DNA from: Candidatus Cloacimonadota bacterium | GTDB taxonomy: Bacteria; Cloacimonadota; Cloacimonadia; G963667145 | Assembly (NCBI GenBank): GCA_963667255.1 | Contig: OY762940.1 | Span: 288,001-352,000, forward strand | Direction: 5' to 3' | DNA: 64,000 nt | Shown: positions 61,729 to 64,000 of the stretch, piece by piece | Position numbering within the stretch: position 1 is the stretch's first letter | Layout: each line of letters opens with the position of its first letter | Notes under the pieces: model-generated | What the model was told of the DNA's origin: nothing | Database searches by the model: none | What the model saw: the letters and a program-made list of their open reading frames with translations, nothing else | Program-made: the position numbers and the translations under genes

Positions 61729-63237
61729 ATGACCAACAAAATCCTAACCTTAGCGATGCCGACCGCATATACTCCAGAGGAGTTGACCAAAGCAGTTCAA
61801 AAGAAAATCGGAACTTTGCCTTACCGAATTGCCAAACAAAGTTTGGACTGTCGGAAAAAAAGTCGTATTCATTGGGTCGTGCAAATAGAGATGTTGGACA
61901 AGCTCAATCCTCTAACTGATGCTAAGCCTTGCTTCCCTAAAAATGTCAAAAATCCAAAATCGGTAACAATCATCGGCTCAGGTCCAGCAGGAATTTTCAG
62001 TGCAATTGTTTTGGCGGAAGCGGGCTTCCCCGTGACCTTGTTGGAACGAGGACATCATATTGAACAAAGAAAACAAGCCATCTCCGAATTTGAACAAGGC
62101 AAGCAATTCTGTGAGCAAGGAAACTATGCTTTTGGAGAAGGAGGAGCAGGAGCTTTTTCGGACGGTAAACTGACCAGCCGCTCCAAAAATATTTCAGCAG
62201 AGCGGGAGTTTGTCCATCAAGCCTATATCGAAGCCAGAGCACCGCAAGAGATTGCTTATTTGGCTCATCCCCATGTTGGCTCTGACATTCTGTTTGCCGT
62301 GACTAAATCTCTGCGAAAACGATTTCAGGAAGCTGGCGGAACGATTATTTTTGATAGCAAGGCTGAGAATTTCCGACAAAAAGGCAAAGAATGGTTAATC
62401 GATTTTTCAGGTGGTCAATTATCCTCATCATACATCATTGCGGCACCCGGACACTCCGCTCGTGATACTCTGAAGGCAATAATTCGCTGTGGGATTCCTT
62501 TTCAACCAAAAGCTTTCGCTCTGGGAATGAGGGCTGAGCATCCCCAACAACTCATCAACCAATCACAATGGGGGCAAACTCATTTGGCAGGGATAAAAGC
62601 AGCCGAATATCGTCTGACAGCTAACGGCGGAGTTTACAGTTTTTGCATGTGCCCGGGAGGCAGAATTATCCAAGCAGCTCCCTTTGATGATGTGAATATC
62701 GTCAACGGAATGAGCCTGTATGCCAGAGATGGTCGGTGGGCGAATGCCGCCGTCGTTGCGACTTATAACCCTCTCGAAGATTGCCAACAAAATGCAGATG
62801 CCCTGACAATTTTGGAGTGGCTCACAGACTTGGAGCGAAAATTCAAAACTAATTTCGGCTTTCAAGCTCCCTGCATTTCTATTCAGGATTTTATTCAGGG
62901 CAAAAGCACCCGCCACTTGCCAAAAGAAAGTTCGTATCTTCTTGGTATGACTCCTTTTGACCCGTGGGATTATCTGCCCAAAAGCATCTTGCCACGACTA
63001 AAAGACGGCTTAAGCGATTTCTGTCGAAAATTGAAAGGGTATGAAACAGGCTTCCTCTTGGGACTGGAGAGCAAAACATCTTCCCCAATACAAGCCTTGC
63101 GAGACGACAATGGAGAGAGCCTTGGCTGTCAGGGATTTTATGTCGTTGGAGAAGCTTCGGGACGAGCAGGAGGGATTGTCAGTTCAGCAGCCGATGGCAT
63201 CAAAGCCGCTTTGTCCATTATCAAGAAATGCAACTGA
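61729..63237 (+). CDS. FAD-dependent oxidoreductase (uncharacterised family)
   Basis: IIGSGPAG, FGEGGAGAFSDGKL, HPHVGSD, YSFCMCPGG, AGGIVSSAADG. Confidence 0.88.
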   Translation: MTNKILTLAMPTAYTPEELTKAVQKKIGTLPYRIAKQSLDCRKKSRIHWVVQIEMLDKLNPLTDAKPCFPKNVKNPKSVTIIGSGPAGIFSAIVLAEAGFPVTLLERGHHIEQRKQAISEFEQGKQFCEQGNYAFGEGGAGAFSDGKLTSRSKNISAEREFVHQAYIEARAPQEIAYLAHPHVGSDILFAVTKSLRKRFQEAGGTIIFDSKAENFRQKGKEWLIDFSGGQLSSSYIIAAPGHSARDTLKAIIRCGIPFQPKAFALGMRAEHPQQLINQSQWGQTHLAGIKAAEYRLTANGGVYSFCMCPGGRIIQAAPFDDVNIVNGMSLYARDGRWANAAVVATYNPLEDCQQNADALTILEWLTDLERKFKTNFGFQAPCISIQDFIQGKSTRHLPKESSYLLGMTPFDPWDYLPKSILPRLKDGLSDFCRKLKGYETGFLLGLESKTSSPIQALRDDNGESLGCQGFYVVGEASGRAGGIVSSAADGIKAALSIIKKCN

Positions 63238-63306
63238 CAAAGACCCAAAATTATTTTTAAATATTAATTTGACATTTAAACAAGTAATTTTGTCTAAATT
63301 CCCATT

Positions 63307-64000
63307 ATGAAGACATTTAGACTTGGAATAGATGTTGGTTCCACCACAGCAAAAATTATTTTGACAGACGACTCTAATGCAGTAGTTTTTTCAGATTATA
63401 TCAGGCACAACACACGCATTTTAGAGACTCTTCTAAATTTGTTAGAAAAAATCCACAACAACTTTGGGAACATCATATTGCAACCTGCACTTTCAGGCTC
63501 AGCCGCCATGGGAATAGCCGAAAAAACGAACTCTTTGTTTGTGCAGGAAGTGATAGCGGCCGCTTCTCTTGTCGTAAATCAATATCCCAATGTAAAGAGC
63601 CTTATCGATATAGGTGGAGAAGACGCTAAGTTGGTGCTGTTCAATGAGCTGGAAAACGCTGATATGCGGATGAACGGGAATTGTGCCGGAGGAACCGGTG
63701 CTTATATCGACCAAATGGCAGCCTTATTGAATATCTCTATCGCCGAACTCAACGATTTGGCATGGCAATCCTCGAAAATTTATCCGATAGCTTCTCGTTG
63801 CGGTGTTTTCGCCAAAACCGATGTCCAAAATCTCGTCAGCCGAAAAATCAATGTCGCCGATATTGCGGCCTCTATCTTTGAAGCCGTTGCCAGCCAAACA
63901 ATAAACAGCCTCGCACGAGGATGCACTATTGAACCCGACATCCTATTTTGCGGAGGACCTCTAACATATATAAGTTACTTGCGAGAATCTTTTGCCAAAC
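63307..64000 (+). CDS. 2-hydroxyacyl-CoA dehydratase activase (ASKHA, BadF/BcrAD type), runs off window
   Basis: Read directly: MKTFRLGIDVGSTTAK, VQEV, IDIGGEDAK, MNGNCAGGTGAYIDQ, IASRCGVFAKTD. Confidence 0.92.
   Translation, partial: MKTFRLGIDVGSTTAKIILTDDSNAVVFSDYIRHNTRILETLLNLLEKIHNNFGNIILQPALSGSAAMGIAEKTNSLFVQEVIAAASLVVNQYPNVKSLIDIGGEDAKLVLFNELENADMRMNGNCAGGTGAYIDQMAALLNISIAELNDLAWQSSKIYPIASRCGVFAKTDVQNLVSRKINVADIAASIFEAVASQTINSLARGCTIEPDILFCGGPLTYISYLRESFAK

Overview
A bacterial chromosomal window from a diderm (lpxB, bamD), probably anaerobic and amino-acid fermenting (2-oxoacid:ferredoxin oxidoreductase operon, acyl-CoA dehydratase activase). A Cloacimonadota-like lineage is only my impression and was not tested. 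Most of it is housekeeping: deoD, a polar amino-acid ABC transporter, recA-recX, gyrBA, tyrS, lpxB-holA-uppP, nadD-bamD, an aroF-pheA-tyrA-aroB-aroA operon, tpiA-serS-fmt and mutS. Several AT-rich accessory islets interrupt this backbone. The main unexplained structure is an integrase-less, integron-like cassette system. Directly after the comM/yifB stop codon (15845-21548), co-oriented accessory genes are separated by two ~130-bp attC-like imperfect inverted repeats whose left cores are complementary to the GTT core at the start of the same cassette. A conserved ~50-75-bp non-palindromic leader ending exactly at the cassette-start GTT occurs twice there, and again 41 kb away in front of a TIR-domain gene. 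Other oddities: an IS256-family element with 8-bp target duplication splitting an orphan gene, a sigma-54-like protein lacking its core-binding domain, a single-chain triple RidA, an archaeal-type asparagine synthetase, a large hypothetical protein with apparently duplicated transglutaminase-like motifs, and a palindrome over the recA promoter. All calls come from reading motifs by eye; no database searches were run.
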